NCBI GenBank assembly: GCA_034530875.2
Contig: JAVRCJ020000003.1
Coordinates: 320,001-384,000 of the forward strand
Source of the DNA: Nostoc sp. DedSLP01
Lineage (GTDB): Bacteria; Cyanobacteriota; Cyanobacteriia; Cyanobacteriales; Nostocaceae
Reading direction: 5' to 3'
Length of the DNA: 64,000 nt
Shown: piece after piece, positions 29,188 to 39,508 of the stretch
How the letters are laid out: each line of letters starts with the position of its first letter
Numbering within the stretch: position 1 is the stretch's first letter
Made by a program: the position numbers and the translations under genes
Notes under the pieces: model-generated
Told to the model about the DNA's origin: nothing
The model's input: only the letters and a program-made list of their open reading frames with translations
Database searches by the model: none

Positions 29188-30357
29188 TTAACGTTTAACT
29201 AAAGATAAATCTGGCGTCAGCCTTTCTAAAACTTGCTTCAATACCATCGCTGTCCAATCTATATCGGCTTCGGTAGTATCGCGCCCCAACGTGATGCGAA
29301 TTCCGCCCAAGGCAGCTTTTTCGGAATAACCCATTGCTAATAATATCGGACTTGGGCTGAGTTTTCCGCTATGACAAGCAGCACCAGCACTAATACCAAT
29401 GCCGGCAAGATTTAGCTGTCTTACTAAGGTTTTACCGCTAAGTTTTTCGCCATCAGCGTATTCTAAACACATACTCACATGATGAGGCAAGCGATCGCAG
29501 CTATCCCCTGTAGGAATTAAACCAGGAATTTCAGCTAATTGGGCAAAGGCGCGATCGCGTAACTGAATCAAGCGTGGTGCTTCTGTTGGCAATTCCTGTG
29601 CTGCTAATTCAGCGGCGACACCAAACCCAGCAATTATCGGTACTGCTTGCGTACCAGAACGCAATCCCATTTCTTGACCGCCGCCACCTAATAAAGGCAT
29701 CAATTCCACACCAGGACGGACATACAGCGCCCCTACTCCTTGGGGGCCATAGATTTTATGACTGGCAAGGCTAAGTAAGTCTACGGAAAGTTCTTGTACG
29801 TCTATTGCTACGCGTCCCGCAGCTTGCACTGCATCTGTATGGAACAAAGCACCATGCGATCGCGCAATTTTTGCTAATTCTGCAATTGGTTGTACAGTCC
29901 CAACTTCACTTTGACCGTAAATTATAGAAACTAAAACTGTATTATGCCGCAACGCCGCCTTTAAATCCAACGGGTTAACTCTGCCTTTATTATCTACATC
30001 TAAGCGCGTAACTTCCCAACCCCATATTTCTAACAACCGCGCTGTCTCAGAAATTGCAGAATGTTCGACGCTGGAGATAATTATATGTCGAGGGACAGTA
30101 TACAACCGAGCCACGCCCATAATTGCCAGATTATTTGCTTCAGTACCGCCGGAGGTAAAAACAATCGATTCTGGAGTCGCAGCGTTAATTAATTCAGCAA
30201 CTTGGACTCTGGCTTGTTCTACAACCGTTGCAGCCCGATTTCCCCATTCATGTAAGCTGGAAGGATTGCCCCATTGTTGAGTGAGGACTGTTTGCATAAC
30301 TGCGATCGCTTCTTTGCGAGTGGGACTAGTCGCGCTGTAATCTAGATAAATTTGCAT
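29188..30357 (-). CDS. Cysteine desulfurase, IscS/NifS family
   Basis: YLDYSAT, GNPSS, FTSGGTE, HTDAVQ, SHKIYGPQG (PLP lysine), AGAACHS. Confidence 0.95.
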   Translation of the reverse strand: MQIYLDYSATSPTRKEAIAVMQTVLTQQWGNPSSLHEWGNRAATVVEQARVQVAELINAATPESIVFTSGGTEANNLAIMGVARLYTVPRHIIISSVEHSAISETARLLEIWGWEVTRLDVDNKGRVNPLDLKAALRHNTVLVSIIYGQSEVGTVQPIAELAKIARSHGALFHTDAVQAAGRVAIDVQELSVDLLSLASHKIYGPQGVGALYVRPGVELMPLLGGGGQEMGLRSGTQAVPIIAGFGVAAELAAQELPTEAPRLIQLRDRAFAQLAEIPGLIPTGDSCDRLPHHVSMCLEYADGEKLSGKTLVRQLNLAGIGISAGAACHSGKLSPSPILLAMGYSEKAALGGIRITLGRDTTEADIDWTAMVLKQVLERLTPDLSLVKR

Positions 30358-30571
30358 ATAACAGATAATGGTGAGAACAAAGGCGGTTAATAGGCTGCTG
30401 ATTTTTTAGTACATACACTTTAAGCGGACAAATCTAACAAAATTGCTGTAATTATGCGTGTATGAGTAGGTTTTTCTTGCCTGGGAAAGCTATTTTTCTA
30501 GTTAATCTGAGAAACCAAAATTTTGGGAATGATAAATATGTCCACTCTCAATCCACTTTTAACAGATTACA

Positions 30572-31996
30572 GTGCAAATTTTATCTAGACAAAGGTTTTT
30601 TTTATATATCTTTTTACTGATTTTTCCCCTCGCTGGTTGTCAACGAGTCCAGTCATCCAATAAGCTTCTATCAGCTTTACCACAAGATCCTTTAGTTCAA
30701 GTTTACTTTAACCATTCTCAAGCTTCGGAATACAAAGAACCATACCGTCAGCAAACTCGCTTGGGGGATGACTTTGAAAAATTGATTGTTGATACTATTT
30801 CTCAAGCTAAATCCACTATAGATGTAGCGGTGCAAGAATTACGTTTACCGAAAGTAGCCCAAGCACTGGTTGATAGACAAAAAGCTGGGGTAAAAGTCAG
30901 GTTAATTTTAGAAAATACTTATAGCCGACCTTGGAGTAGTTTGACACCTCAAGAAGTAAGTAAGTTAGATAAAAGAGAAAAACAACGCTATCAAGAATCT
31001 CGTGAGTTTATCGATATTAACCACGATAATCAACTTACTCCCACAGAAATAAATCAAAGAGATGCTTTAATCATTTTACAAAATGCAAACATTCCCTGGC
31101 TAGACGATAAAGCAGATGGTTCAGCAGGTAGTAGTTTGATGCACCATAAGTTTCTAATTGTAGATAATCGCATTGTAATTATTACTTCGGCCAATTTTAC
31201 CTTGAGCGATACCTTTGGTGATTATACAAATCCTAGCAGTTTAGGTAATGCCAATAACTTATTGCAAATTGATAGTCCAGAATTAGCATCTTTATTTACA
31301 GAAGAGTTTAATATTATGTGGGGTGACGGGCCGGGAGGTAAACCCGATAGCCGATTTGGTCTACAAAAGCCACTGCGTTTGCCTAAACAAATTACATTAA
31401 ATAAAACTAAAATTACTATACATTTTTCACCTACATCTCCAACTCAACCTTGGACTAATACCAGTAATGGTTTAATTGGCAAAACTTTAGATTCAGCAAC
31501 ACAATCTATTGATTTAGCTTTATTTGTATTTTCTGAACAGCGTCTCGCTAATATTTTAGAAAATAGACATCAAGAAAATGTCCAAATTCGGGCTTTAATT
31601 GAACCACAATTCGCCTATCGTCCTTATAGTGAAGCATTAGATATGATGGGAGTTGCTCTCAGCAATAAATGTAAATATGAAGTTGATAACCATCCTTGGC
31701 AAAATCCAATTACGACTGTAGGCGTACCTATATTACCCCAAGGCGATTTATTACACCATAAGTTTTCCGTTATTGATAACAAAACAGTAATTACAGGTTC
31801 TCATAATTGGTCAGATGCAGCTAATAATGGTAATGACGAAACACTTTTAGTAATTGAAAGTCCAATAGTTGCTGCTCATTATGTACGAGAATTTTCTCGA
31901 CTTTATGCCAAAGTTAAACCTGGCTTACCACCCGCAATTCAACAAAAAATTAAAGCCCAGCAAACGCAATGTACTAAGGCAAAAACTTCATCATAG
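30572..31996 (+). CDS. Phospholipase D-superfamily nuclease lipoprotein, related to cyanobacterial competence protein ComA
   Basis: Lipobox LAGC; two HKD motifs (HHKFLIVD, HHKFSVID). Confidence 0.8.
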   Translation: MQILSRQRFFLYIFLLIFPLAGCQRVQSSNKLLSALPQDPLVQVYFNHSQASEYKEPYRQQTRLGDDFEKLIVDTISQAKSTIDVAVQELRLPKVAQALVDRQKAGVKVRLILENTYSRPWSSLTPQEVSKLDKREKQRYQESREFIDINHDNQLTPTEINQRDALIILQNANIPWLDDKADGSAGSSLMHHKFLIVDNRIVIITSANFTLSDTFGDYTNPSSLGNANNLLQIDSPELASLFTEEFNIMWGDGPGGKPDSRFGLQKPLRLPKQITLNKTKITIHFSPTSPTQPWTNTSNGLIGKTLDSATQSIDLALFVFSEQRLANILENRHQENVQIRALIEPQFAYRPYSEALDMMGVALSNKCKYEVDNHPWQNPITTVGVPILPQGDLLHHKFSVIDNKTVITGSHNWSDAANNGNDETLLVIESPIVAAHYVREFSRLYAKVKPGLPPAIQQKIKAQQTQCTKAKTSS

Positions 31997-32318
31997 AGTG
32001 GCTTTATAACCCCGATTTCTCAAGTCGGGGTTCTGGTTTTTGATGAAGCTAAGTTTATATTCAATACTTTCAGGTAATTCTCAGTTTAAATTAATTTAAT
32101 TGGCTGCGATCGCATATAAATTATTATTAGAGAGCTTGGGTAATTGAAAAGACAATAAAATAAAACTTACTAGCTTTTAGGGAATAGCTAAGCTTTTAGT
32201 TACGTCTACAATACAGCTATTTTAAAATCAGTATTGACGATAAAATTTTACAGCTAAGAATTAAAAATTAATAAACCAAATTCCTTAGCCCCAACTTTAT
32301 TTTTAAAATATTAAAGCA

Positions 32319-33737
32319 GTGAAGCAAATCAACAAAATTTGGCAAAAAATAGACCCATTTTCATTACAGCTACGCCTAACAATTGGAATTGCTGGCTTTT
32401 CGGCTTTGGTGTTAGGTAGTCTGGCTACATGGATGAGCTGGAAAACACAGCAAATTTTAATTAATAGTCATAAAGATAACATCGAGCAAATAGCAAAACG
32501 TTTGCCACGAGATGTACAAATTTATAGTGAAATGATGCAACCTGAAACTGGGTTAGACAAAGCTATTAATAATTTGACCGATACCAATATATTGTTATGG
32601 GTTAAAAGTCCCGATCGTAAAATATTGGTACAATCCCGTAGTTTAAGTTTGCTATCTAATTCTATGGCATCTGAGTTAATGTCCTTAACTAAAATGCCTA
32701 TTAAATCGCAAGTTTATAAAATCCATCAAAACTATTTTGTTTTATCTGGTCATTCTATAGAAGTGCAGGGTAAGTCGCTGGGTGAATTATTTGTAGTTAA
32801 AGATATCACCCGCGATCGCACAATGTTTGTGCTAATGGTGCAGAATTTAGCTGCTGTTAGTATCTTAGCAATTATTATTTTAACAGTTGCGATCGCTATT
32901 TATATCAAACATTCCCTACAACCTCTTTGCCAGCTAAATCAAATGGCTGCTGTAATTTCCGCAGAAGATTTAGGAAAAGCAGAGTTATATCTCGATAATG
33001 CACCCACTGAAGTTAAAGAATTAGCTCAAACTTTAACCATGTTACTATCGCGTCTTTCCCAATCGTGGGAGCAAGAGCGAGAATTTGTCAGTAATGTTTC
33101 TCACGAATTACGCACACCTTTGACCATTGTACATGGTTACTTACAAAGCGTTTTACGAAGGCAAAATAATTTAACCCAAACCCAACAAGAAGCTTTAGAA
33201 ACTGCTGCATCAGAAGCCGAACGTACTATTCGCTTGCTACAAGATTTACTCGATTTAGCACGAGCAGATAGCGGTTATTTGCATTTTCAGGTGAAATCTT
33301 ATGTATTAAATGACTTAATTGAAGAGATTGTGATGATGGCAGAAAAATATAGCGATCGCCAAATTACTATCGAATCAACAATTTACCCAATTGAAGTTAA
33401 AGTAGACTACAGCCGTCTCAAACAAGTATTACTCAATTTAATTGACAATGCTGTTAAATATTCTGAACCTAATACACCTATAAATTTTAAATTAGAGCAA
33501 CTTCCAGACAAAGCAATTATTCAAGTTTGTGACAATGGTTATGGTATTCCTTTACAACATCAAGCGCGGATTTTTGAAAGATTTTACCGTGTAGATGAAT
33601 CTCGCTCTCATGCAACTGGAGGTTCTGGTTTAGGTTTATCAATTGTCAAGACACTTGTAGAAGGTATGGGCGGTAATGTCAGCGTACAATCGAAATTAGG
33701 AGAAGGAAGTATTTTTACAATCACTTTACCAATATAA
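32319..33737 (+). CDS. Membrane sensor histidine kinase with HAMP domain
   Basis: Two TMs, SHELRTPLT, NLIDNAVKY, DNGYGI, GGSGLGL. Confidence 0.95.
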   Translation: MKQINKIWQKIDPFSLQLRLTIGIAGFSALVLGSLATWMSWKTQQILINSHKDNIEQIAKRLPRDVQIYSEMMQPETGLDKAINNLTDTNILLWVKSPDRKILVQSRSLSLLSNSMASELMSLTKMPIKSQVYKIHQNYFVLSGHSIEVQGKSLGELFVVKDITRDRTMFVLMVQNLAAVSILAIIILTVAIAIYIKHSLQPLCQLNQMAAVISAEDLGKAELYLDNAPTEVKELAQTLTMLLSRLSQSWEQEREFVSNVSHELRTPLTIVHGYLQSVLRRQNNLTQTQQEALETAASEAERTIRLLQDLLDLARADSGYLHFQVKSYVLNDLIEEIVMMAEKYSDRQITIESTIYPIEVKVDYSRLKQVLLNLIDNAVKYSEPNTPINFKLEQLPDKAIIQVCDNGYGIPLQHQARIFERFYRVDESRSHATGGSGLGLSIVKTLVEGMGGNVSVQSKLGEGSIFTITLPI

Positions 33738-33794
33738 TTCATCAAATTTATTATTCTAGAGAAGGCTATTTATCGCGTTTGTGCAATTTATAAT

Positions 33795-33919
33795 TACAGC
33801 AGTTTGCAAATAAATGAGGTACACAACTGGAAAATTGAATATAGAAATTCTTCTTTTCCCTCCTGCCTCCTACCTCAAAACGATTAACTCTGTACCTCAT
33901 GAAAATCAAAAATGCTGTA
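33795..33919. mobile_element. MITE-like elements with terminal inverted repeats; others at 34809-34905, 54721-54819 and 60042-60117
   Basis: TACAGCA...TGCTGTA with inner ATGAGGTACA/TGTACCTCAT; TATAGCAATCCACTTTGATT/AATCAAATAGGATTACTATA; CAATACAGTTTAG/CTGAACTGTATTG. Confidence 0.55.
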
Positions 33920-34056
33920 TGTTTAAGTGCCGACTTGGTTAACCAAGTCGGCATTTTGAAATATCAACATTTTGAAACTTAATTGGCAATATTGTTTAAA
34001 ATCAAGAGCCAGATATAATACACCAAACTTGAATTATGACTCTTGAATTCTAAATT

Positions 34057-34560
34057 CTAACTGTTATCAGTAATATCAACTCTCGCCGTTCCAATAGGAA
34101 TGTCTCCTTTTAACCCAACTCTTTTAGCAGTTACTCCATAGAGTAGGACTTTTTCAAATGGGATTCTTCTTTGCACCCCTAAAAATTCTACTTCCACAGA
34201 ATCACCAGGATTTACAGGTTGGTCAAAGCTGATAGACACGCGTTCTCGATTAATTTCTGTTTTAGCTGCAATTTCTTTACCAGATTGGTCTGTAATCCGA
34301 ACTTTATCAAACCTTTCCATCTGATTTGGTAATGAAATCATCAAGTCTGCTAAAGACATACCTACGACTGACACTTTGATAAAGTGAGTATCATTTCTAG
34401 CACCAGAGTTAGTGATATGCGGAACATTTACATTTAATGCTATTTGAGAGACTGTATGTGTATCAGAACTTGAATGTTCATACTTTACAGGTGCCGCTAT
34501 ACTCGCAGTAGATATCGTGAGTATTAGAGCTGATAAACTACCAAAAATTAAACCTTTCAT
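34057..34560 (-). CDS. Secreted DUF2808-like protein
   Basis: Signal peptide; ISFDQPVNPGDSVEV and terminal PIGTARV. Confidence 0.65.
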   Translation of the reverse strand: MKGLIFGSLSALILTISTASIAAPVKYEHSSSDTHTVSQIALNVNVPHITNSGARNDTHFIKVSVVGMSLADLMISLPNQMERFDKVRITDQSGKEIAAKTEINRERVSISFDQPVNPGDSVEVEFLGVQRRIPFEKVLLYGVTAKRVGLKGDIPIGTARVDITDNS

Positions 34561-34983
34561 ATAAATCCTCGTTTTTGCCTGAACTAAACTTGTAATTAAT
34601 AGATTGCTACATGACTATGAGTTATAACTAATGTATAAATTAAAATATTCTGAGATTTAAATATTAATTTCCTCAGAAAAATATTCTCTCTGATATCCCA
34701 CAAAAAACTTTGAAAAATAAAACTTTACAGCTTTTTAAGCAAAAGCTCTAACTCTATTCAGCAAAAACTCATTTTTCTGAGACGCATATATATTAAAGTG
34801 AGATGGCATATAGTAATCTGATTTGATTTTGAGAATCAGTTGTAGAGAGAGGGAACAGGGTAAAAAGTTTAAATAGCTTTGTAAAAATCAAGTATGAGTT
34901 TTATATAAATAATTGGTTATCTTATATATTTCTGGAATTGCAACGAAAAGCTATTTAGAAATTGCCTATTTTAGGAGTAAAAA

Positions 34984-35658
34984 ATGACAGCACATATCCT
35001 TTTGGTTGAAGATGAAGTCAAGCTAGCCCGATTTGTGGAATTAGAACTTAGTAGTGAAGGATACAAAGTTAGCATCGCCCATGATGGCATTAGCGGATTG
35101 ACGATGGCACGCGAGTCATCGCCAGATTTAGCGGTTCTTGATTGGATGTTACCGGGGCTGTCGGGTTTAGAGATTTGTCGGCGTTTGCGAGCCACAGGTA
35201 GCTCAGTACCAGTAATTTTGTTGACAGCAAAAGATGAAGTTAGCGATCGCGTGGCAGGATTAGATGCGGGAGCCGATGATTATGTAGTCAAACCCTTCAG
35301 TATAGAAGAACTCTTAGCGAGAATTCGCGCTCACTTGCGCCGCACCCAAGAAACAGACGAAGACTTATTGCAGTTTGAAGATTTAAGCTTAAACCGCCGC
35401 ACTCGTGAAGTGTTTCGCGCTAAACGAAGCATCGAGTTAACAGCAAAAGAATTTGATTTATTAGAATATTTGCTCTCCCATCCCCGCCAAGTATTTACCA
35501 GAGACCAAATTCTCGAAAAAGTCTGGGGTTATGACTTCATGGGCGATTCCAACATTATCGAAGTCTACATTCGTTATCTGCGCCTGAAACTAGAAGAGAA
35601 TAAGGAAAAACGCCTAATTCACACAGTGCGCGGTGTCGGTTACGCACTGCGCGAGTAA
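34984..35658 (+). CDS. OmpR-family response regulator
   Basis: LLVEDE, LDWMLPG, GADDYVVKPF, winged helix IHTVRGVGY. Confidence 0.97.
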   Translation: MTAHILLVEDEVKLARFVELELSSEGYKVSIAHDGISGLTMARESSPDLAVLDWMLPGLSGLEICRRLRATGSSVPVILLTAKDEVSDRVAGLDAGADDYVVKPFSIEELLARIRAHLRRTQETDEDLLQFEDLSLNRRTREVFRAKRSIELTAKEFDLLEYLLSHPRQVFTRDQILEKVWGYDFMGDSNIIEVYIRYLRLKLEENKEKRLIHTVRGVGYALRE

Positions 35659-35739
35659 TACCATTTTGAATTTTAGATTTTGGATTGGGAATAGCCTTGA
35701 TGGATCTGGGTTTACTGAATTCATCTATTGCAGCCATTG

Positions 35740-36105
35740 TTCAAGCAGCAAACTTGTTTAAAAATTACTGGTAGAATTCACTATCAACATGAGATAACTG
35801 CCAAAATAAACTTTCGCCAGTTAGTGTTTCTACCGCACTGTATAACCCAGATACCTTAAATTGCCACTGCTATTCACCAATCGGTTTAATTCCTGCAAGC
35901 GTAATCTTATTTCTCTCAATGGTTTTGAGTCCAAGCCGGCTTTCATCTTGTACGAACTAACGGATATTTTCGTACTGCGGTAACGCGATCGCACATACCT
36001 TCATATCTCCGGTTTTAATTAAATACAGTACTTGTAGCTGTTCTTTGAGTCGCCAATTTTTTTCCTCACGAATTAATCCCCCGAGTTCTTCTACACTTTC
36101 CGATG
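35740..36105 (-). mobile_element. Degenerate IS630-family transposase remnant
   Basis: Minus strand reads ESVEELGGLIREEKNWRLKEQLQVLYLIKTG, then *FVQDESRLGLKTIERNKITLAGIKPIGE*QWQFK...TGESLFWQLSHVD with stops and an internal deletion. Confidence 0.8.
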
Positions 36106-36344
36106 GAGTTCAAAAAAGTGGAGAAAAAGGAAGCTAAAGTACCTAAGGTGTAATATTTAACTCTAAATTTTATTCTTAACTATTTATTACATGCTTGTAA
36201 GTTTTTGTACTGCTTTACTTACAATATAGTAATATATCATTCAATTTTACTAAACTTTGAAGATAATTTCAACCATTATTAATTTAGCTAAAATCAAGAC
36301 GTAATCATTTTGTAGTCTTTGTGTAATCCTTAATAAGGTGAATT

Positions 36345-39020
36345 ATGTTCGACAAAATATCTAGATATAACTTTTATGGAATCTTCAAACTTATGAGTGA
36401 AATTCCGTTTCAGTACAAAACACAACATGATGCGTTAAAGCGAATTACTGAACTTGGCAAACAATTTATCGATTCTCATACTTTTGCTATAGCTCTCATT
36501 AATACTGAAACAAAAGTTGTTAATGAATTGGTTTGTACGAGCAACAATCTAGAATTAGAAGAATTGATTAATAATGAAAAACTTTTATGGAATGAAATAG
36601 TACTTTATAAGCAAGGAAAGCTTCATCCTGACATTAGAAAAAAGTATTATTTAAAGTCAATACATAGTTATCCTTTATGGTCACAAGAAAGTAAGGTGGT
36701 TGGTTATATCTATCACTTTTCTTCTATATTTAAAACTTTGAATAAACAAGAACAAGGATTGTTAAAATCATTTGCCAGTAGAGCAATAGTAACTATTGAA
36801 AATCTCAATTATAATTATAACACTTATAAACCGTTGCAAGTTTTGTGTAAGTTATCAGAACAGTTAATGACGGTTGCTCCTGATGAATTCATTCAGTTAT
36901 TGCCTCAAAAAGCCTGTGAGCTTTTTGAGGCATCAGCTTGTATTCTTTGGAAAAAAGATATCAAGCATCAAAAGTTTAAAATATTGGCTACTGCTGGCAA
37001 AGTAGATGATGAATATAAAAATCTAGAACTGAACGATAATTTTCATTTGATACAAAATTTTTACCACCGAAAAGAGGTTTTTTATTTACGGGACATTACT
37101 AGAGCTTCTGCAAACTTTCTACATTACGAAGAAGTTAAAAAAAGAGGCTGGATTTCTATGCTCAGTTCGCCGTTAATGAGTAATGGAGAAATAATTGGAA
37201 TATTGGACATTTTTACTACAAAAAATCGCCATTTTAAAAAATTAGAAAAAGAAGGATTTCAATGTTTTTCAAACTATGCAGCTTTATCTTTTGAGAAAGC
37301 AGTAACAAATCAAAAAACAAAAGAGCTAACTGAAATTATGCTAAAAATGATTAATTGCGATACGGCTAAAGAAGTTTTTCAACGTCTTATAGACGGTGCT
37401 ATAAATTTACTTGATTCAGGACATGGAGATATTAGTCGCTTAAATTACTTTACGGGGGAATTAGAAGTTATTGAAAGTATAAAACCTCTTAAAAAAAATT
37501 TTACTAAATGGAAAATAGGTGAAGGTATTACTGGTAAAGCCCTTGAGTTAAAAGAAACTATCAATGTTGGTAATGTTTTAACCGATTCCAGATGGAAAGA
37601 TATTTATGTAGAATATTGGCCGGATACTCGTTCGGAAATTGCTATTCCTATATTAATAGAAAACATCCTAGTTAGAAAAGGAACTGAGGTCGAATTAGGT
37701 TCAAAAAGACTAGGGGTTTTAAATATTGAAAGTCCAGAAATAAATGCTTTTTCAAAAGCTGATGAGGAGTATCTTAAATTATTAGCACGTTATGCTGCGA
37801 TATTGATTGATAGACGAGAATCCGACAAAAAGCTCAGTGAGCTACGTCAAAAAGAACAGCAGATTACTGAAGCTCAAAATCACAATCAAATAATGGAAAA
37901 TGTCTTGAAGAGTATTACTGATATATTACAATTTGAAGTTGTTAATATTTCATTAGTTAACCGCGAAACAAATACTATCAAAACAGAATTTATTACTGGA
38001 ATTTCAGATAATCAAATAGAAGAGTTTAAAAAAGAAGCTGTTCATTCGTTAGATAGTAATGATATTCAAGCTAGTATTGTGAAAAGTATAAAAATTCAAG
38101 TACCAGATATTGAAGATCAACGCTTTGATAAACAAATATATCATAAATATGGTCATCAAGACTTAATTAGAGTTTTTATCCCTCTGATTGAACCTTTCAA
38201 AAGCCAAGTAATTGGAACTCTTGAAGCAGGCTATAAAAGACATTATAGAGAGTATATTTATGAACAAGATGTGCAAGTGTTAAAAAGTTTTGTTGACTCT
38301 GTTGTTCATGCGGTTGAACGTACAAAATCACAAATAATTGATAAAATTACTCATGAATTTAGGTCTCCTATTGTTGGAATTAGAAGTAATGCAAGTTTTA
38401 TTCAAAGACGTAGAGAAGAAATAACTTTAGAGCATTGTGACAGAAAAATAGAAGATATTCTGACAGATTGTGAAATACTTTTATACCAGGTTGCAGAATT
38501 AGAATATATTATGGGCGGACGAGTTTCTGGAAAATCTAAAAAAGAAAAAGTTTTCATTTTTAGAGATGTTATTATTAAAACAATTAATCAACTTCGTCCG
38601 ATTGTAATTGACCACGGACTATCGATAGAAAATATTGACTATAGCAAAAGATTTTTAAGATTAGAAATTAATACAGATAAAATAAAAATCAACCAAGTTG
38701 TTTATAATTTATTGATGAATTCGATAAAGTATGCAAAAGATGATAAAAATCAATTTAAAATTGATATCGATATTGATGATAAAAACAAAGACAATTTAAT
38801 TATTAAATTAAAAGATTGGGGAATTGGTATTGAAAAAAAATTTGTAAACGACATATTTAAAGAAGGGTTTCGCTGTCCTGAAGCAATCAAAAAAAATGTA
38901 GCAGGTTCGGGATTAGGACTTGCTATTTCTAAAAATATAATGAGAGAATTAGAAGGAGATTTAATTTTATCTAATAATACTGAGCCAACAGAATTTCACT
39001 TAGTTATTCCTAGATACTAA
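36345..39020 (+). CDS. Cytoplasmic multi-GAF sensor histidine kinase
   Basis: About four GAF-like repeats (LSSPL...IGILDIF; TRSEIAIPI...LGVLNIES); THEFRSP, NSIKY, DWGIGI, GSGLGL; no TM. Confidence 0.9.
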   Translation: MFDKISRYNFYGIFKLMSEIPFQYKTQHDALKRITELGKQFIDSHTFAIALINTETKVVNELVCTSNNLELEELINNEKLLWNEIVLYKQGKLHPDIRKKYYLKSIHSYPLWSQESKVVGYIYHFSSIFKTLNKQEQGLLKSFASRAIVTIENLNYNYNTYKPLQVLCKLSEQLMTVAPDEFIQLLPQKACELFEASACILWKKDIKHQKFKILATAGKVDDEYKNLELNDNFHLIQNFYHRKEVFYLRDITRASANFLHYEEVKKRGWISMLSSPLMSNGEIIGILDIFTTKNRHFKKLEKEGFQCFSNYAALSFEKAVTNQKTKELTEIMLKMINCDTAKEVFQRLIDGAINLLDSGHGDISRLNYFTGELEVIESIKPLKKNFTKWKIGEGITGKALELKETINVGNVLTDSRWKDIYVEYWPDTRSEIAIPILIENILVRKGTEVELGSKRLGVLNIESPEINAFSKADEEYLKLLARYAAILIDRRESDKKLSELRQKEQQITEAQNHNQIMENVLKSITDILQFEVVNISLVNRETNTIKTEFITGISDNQIEEFKKEAVHSLDSNDIQASIVKSIKIQVPDIEDQRFDKQIYHKYGHQDLIRVFIPLIEPFKSQVIGTLEAGYKRHYREYIYEQDVQVLKSFVDSVVHAVERTKSQIIDKITHEFRSPIVGIRSNASFIQRRREEITLEHCDRKIEDILTDCEILLYQVAELEYIMGGRVSGKSKKEKVFIFRDVIIKTINQLRPIVIDHGLSIENIDYSKRFLRLEINTDKIKINQVVYNLLMNSIKYAKDDKNQFKIDIDIDDKNKDNLIIKLKDWGIGIEKKFVNDIFKEGFRCPEAIKKNVAGSGLGLAISKNIMRELEGDLILSNNTEPTEFHLVIPRY

Positions 39021-39042
39021 ATGTAAGTGAAGGAGACTATTA

Positions 39043-39447
39043 ATGATTCTTTTTATTGATGACGAAGAGAGAGGAATAGCTAGCTTTGTTGAAGAATTAA
39101 AACTTTCTAAATTTGAGACTACTTTGAAAAAAGATGTTAATTCTGCTTTAAAATATCTCGAAGATAATCATGACAAAATTCAATTAGTCATTTTAGATGT
39201 GATGATGCCAGCAGAAGAAATATTTAAAGATTGCGACACTAATGATGGATTAAGAACGGGAGTTCATTTTCATAGAAAAATTAGAAAAAGTTTTCCTAAT
39301 TTACCGATTATTATTTTTACCAATTTTTCTGATGATGAGCTTGAGCAAGAAAGCAATAAAGATCGTAAAAGCCGATTTCTTCATAAATATGATTATCTGC
39401 CTTTTGAATTTGTTGAAGAAGTTCGCAAAGCTCTAAATGAGCAATAA
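39043..39447 (+). CDS. Single-domain response regulator
   Basis: ILFIDDE, ILDVMMP, PIIIFT, conserved Lys; RBS AAGGAG. Confidence 0.9.
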   Translation: MILFIDDEERGIASFVEELKLSKFETTLKKDVNSALKYLEDNHDKIQLVILDVMMPAEEIFKDCDTNDGLRTGVHFHRKIRKSFPNLPIIIFTNFSDDELEQESNKDRKSRFLHKYDYLPFEFVEEVRKALNEQ

Positions 39448-39508
39448 TATTTGTTTTTTTCTTCCTATCAAAATAAAATTTATTTGTACTATTTGCTCGG
39501 AGATCAAG

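Noticed and set aside
39437..39508. Longer start for the subtilase overlapping the receiver gene
   Set aside because: ATG 39509 has a GGAG RBS and the extension looks non-coding; translational coupling cannot be fully excluded.
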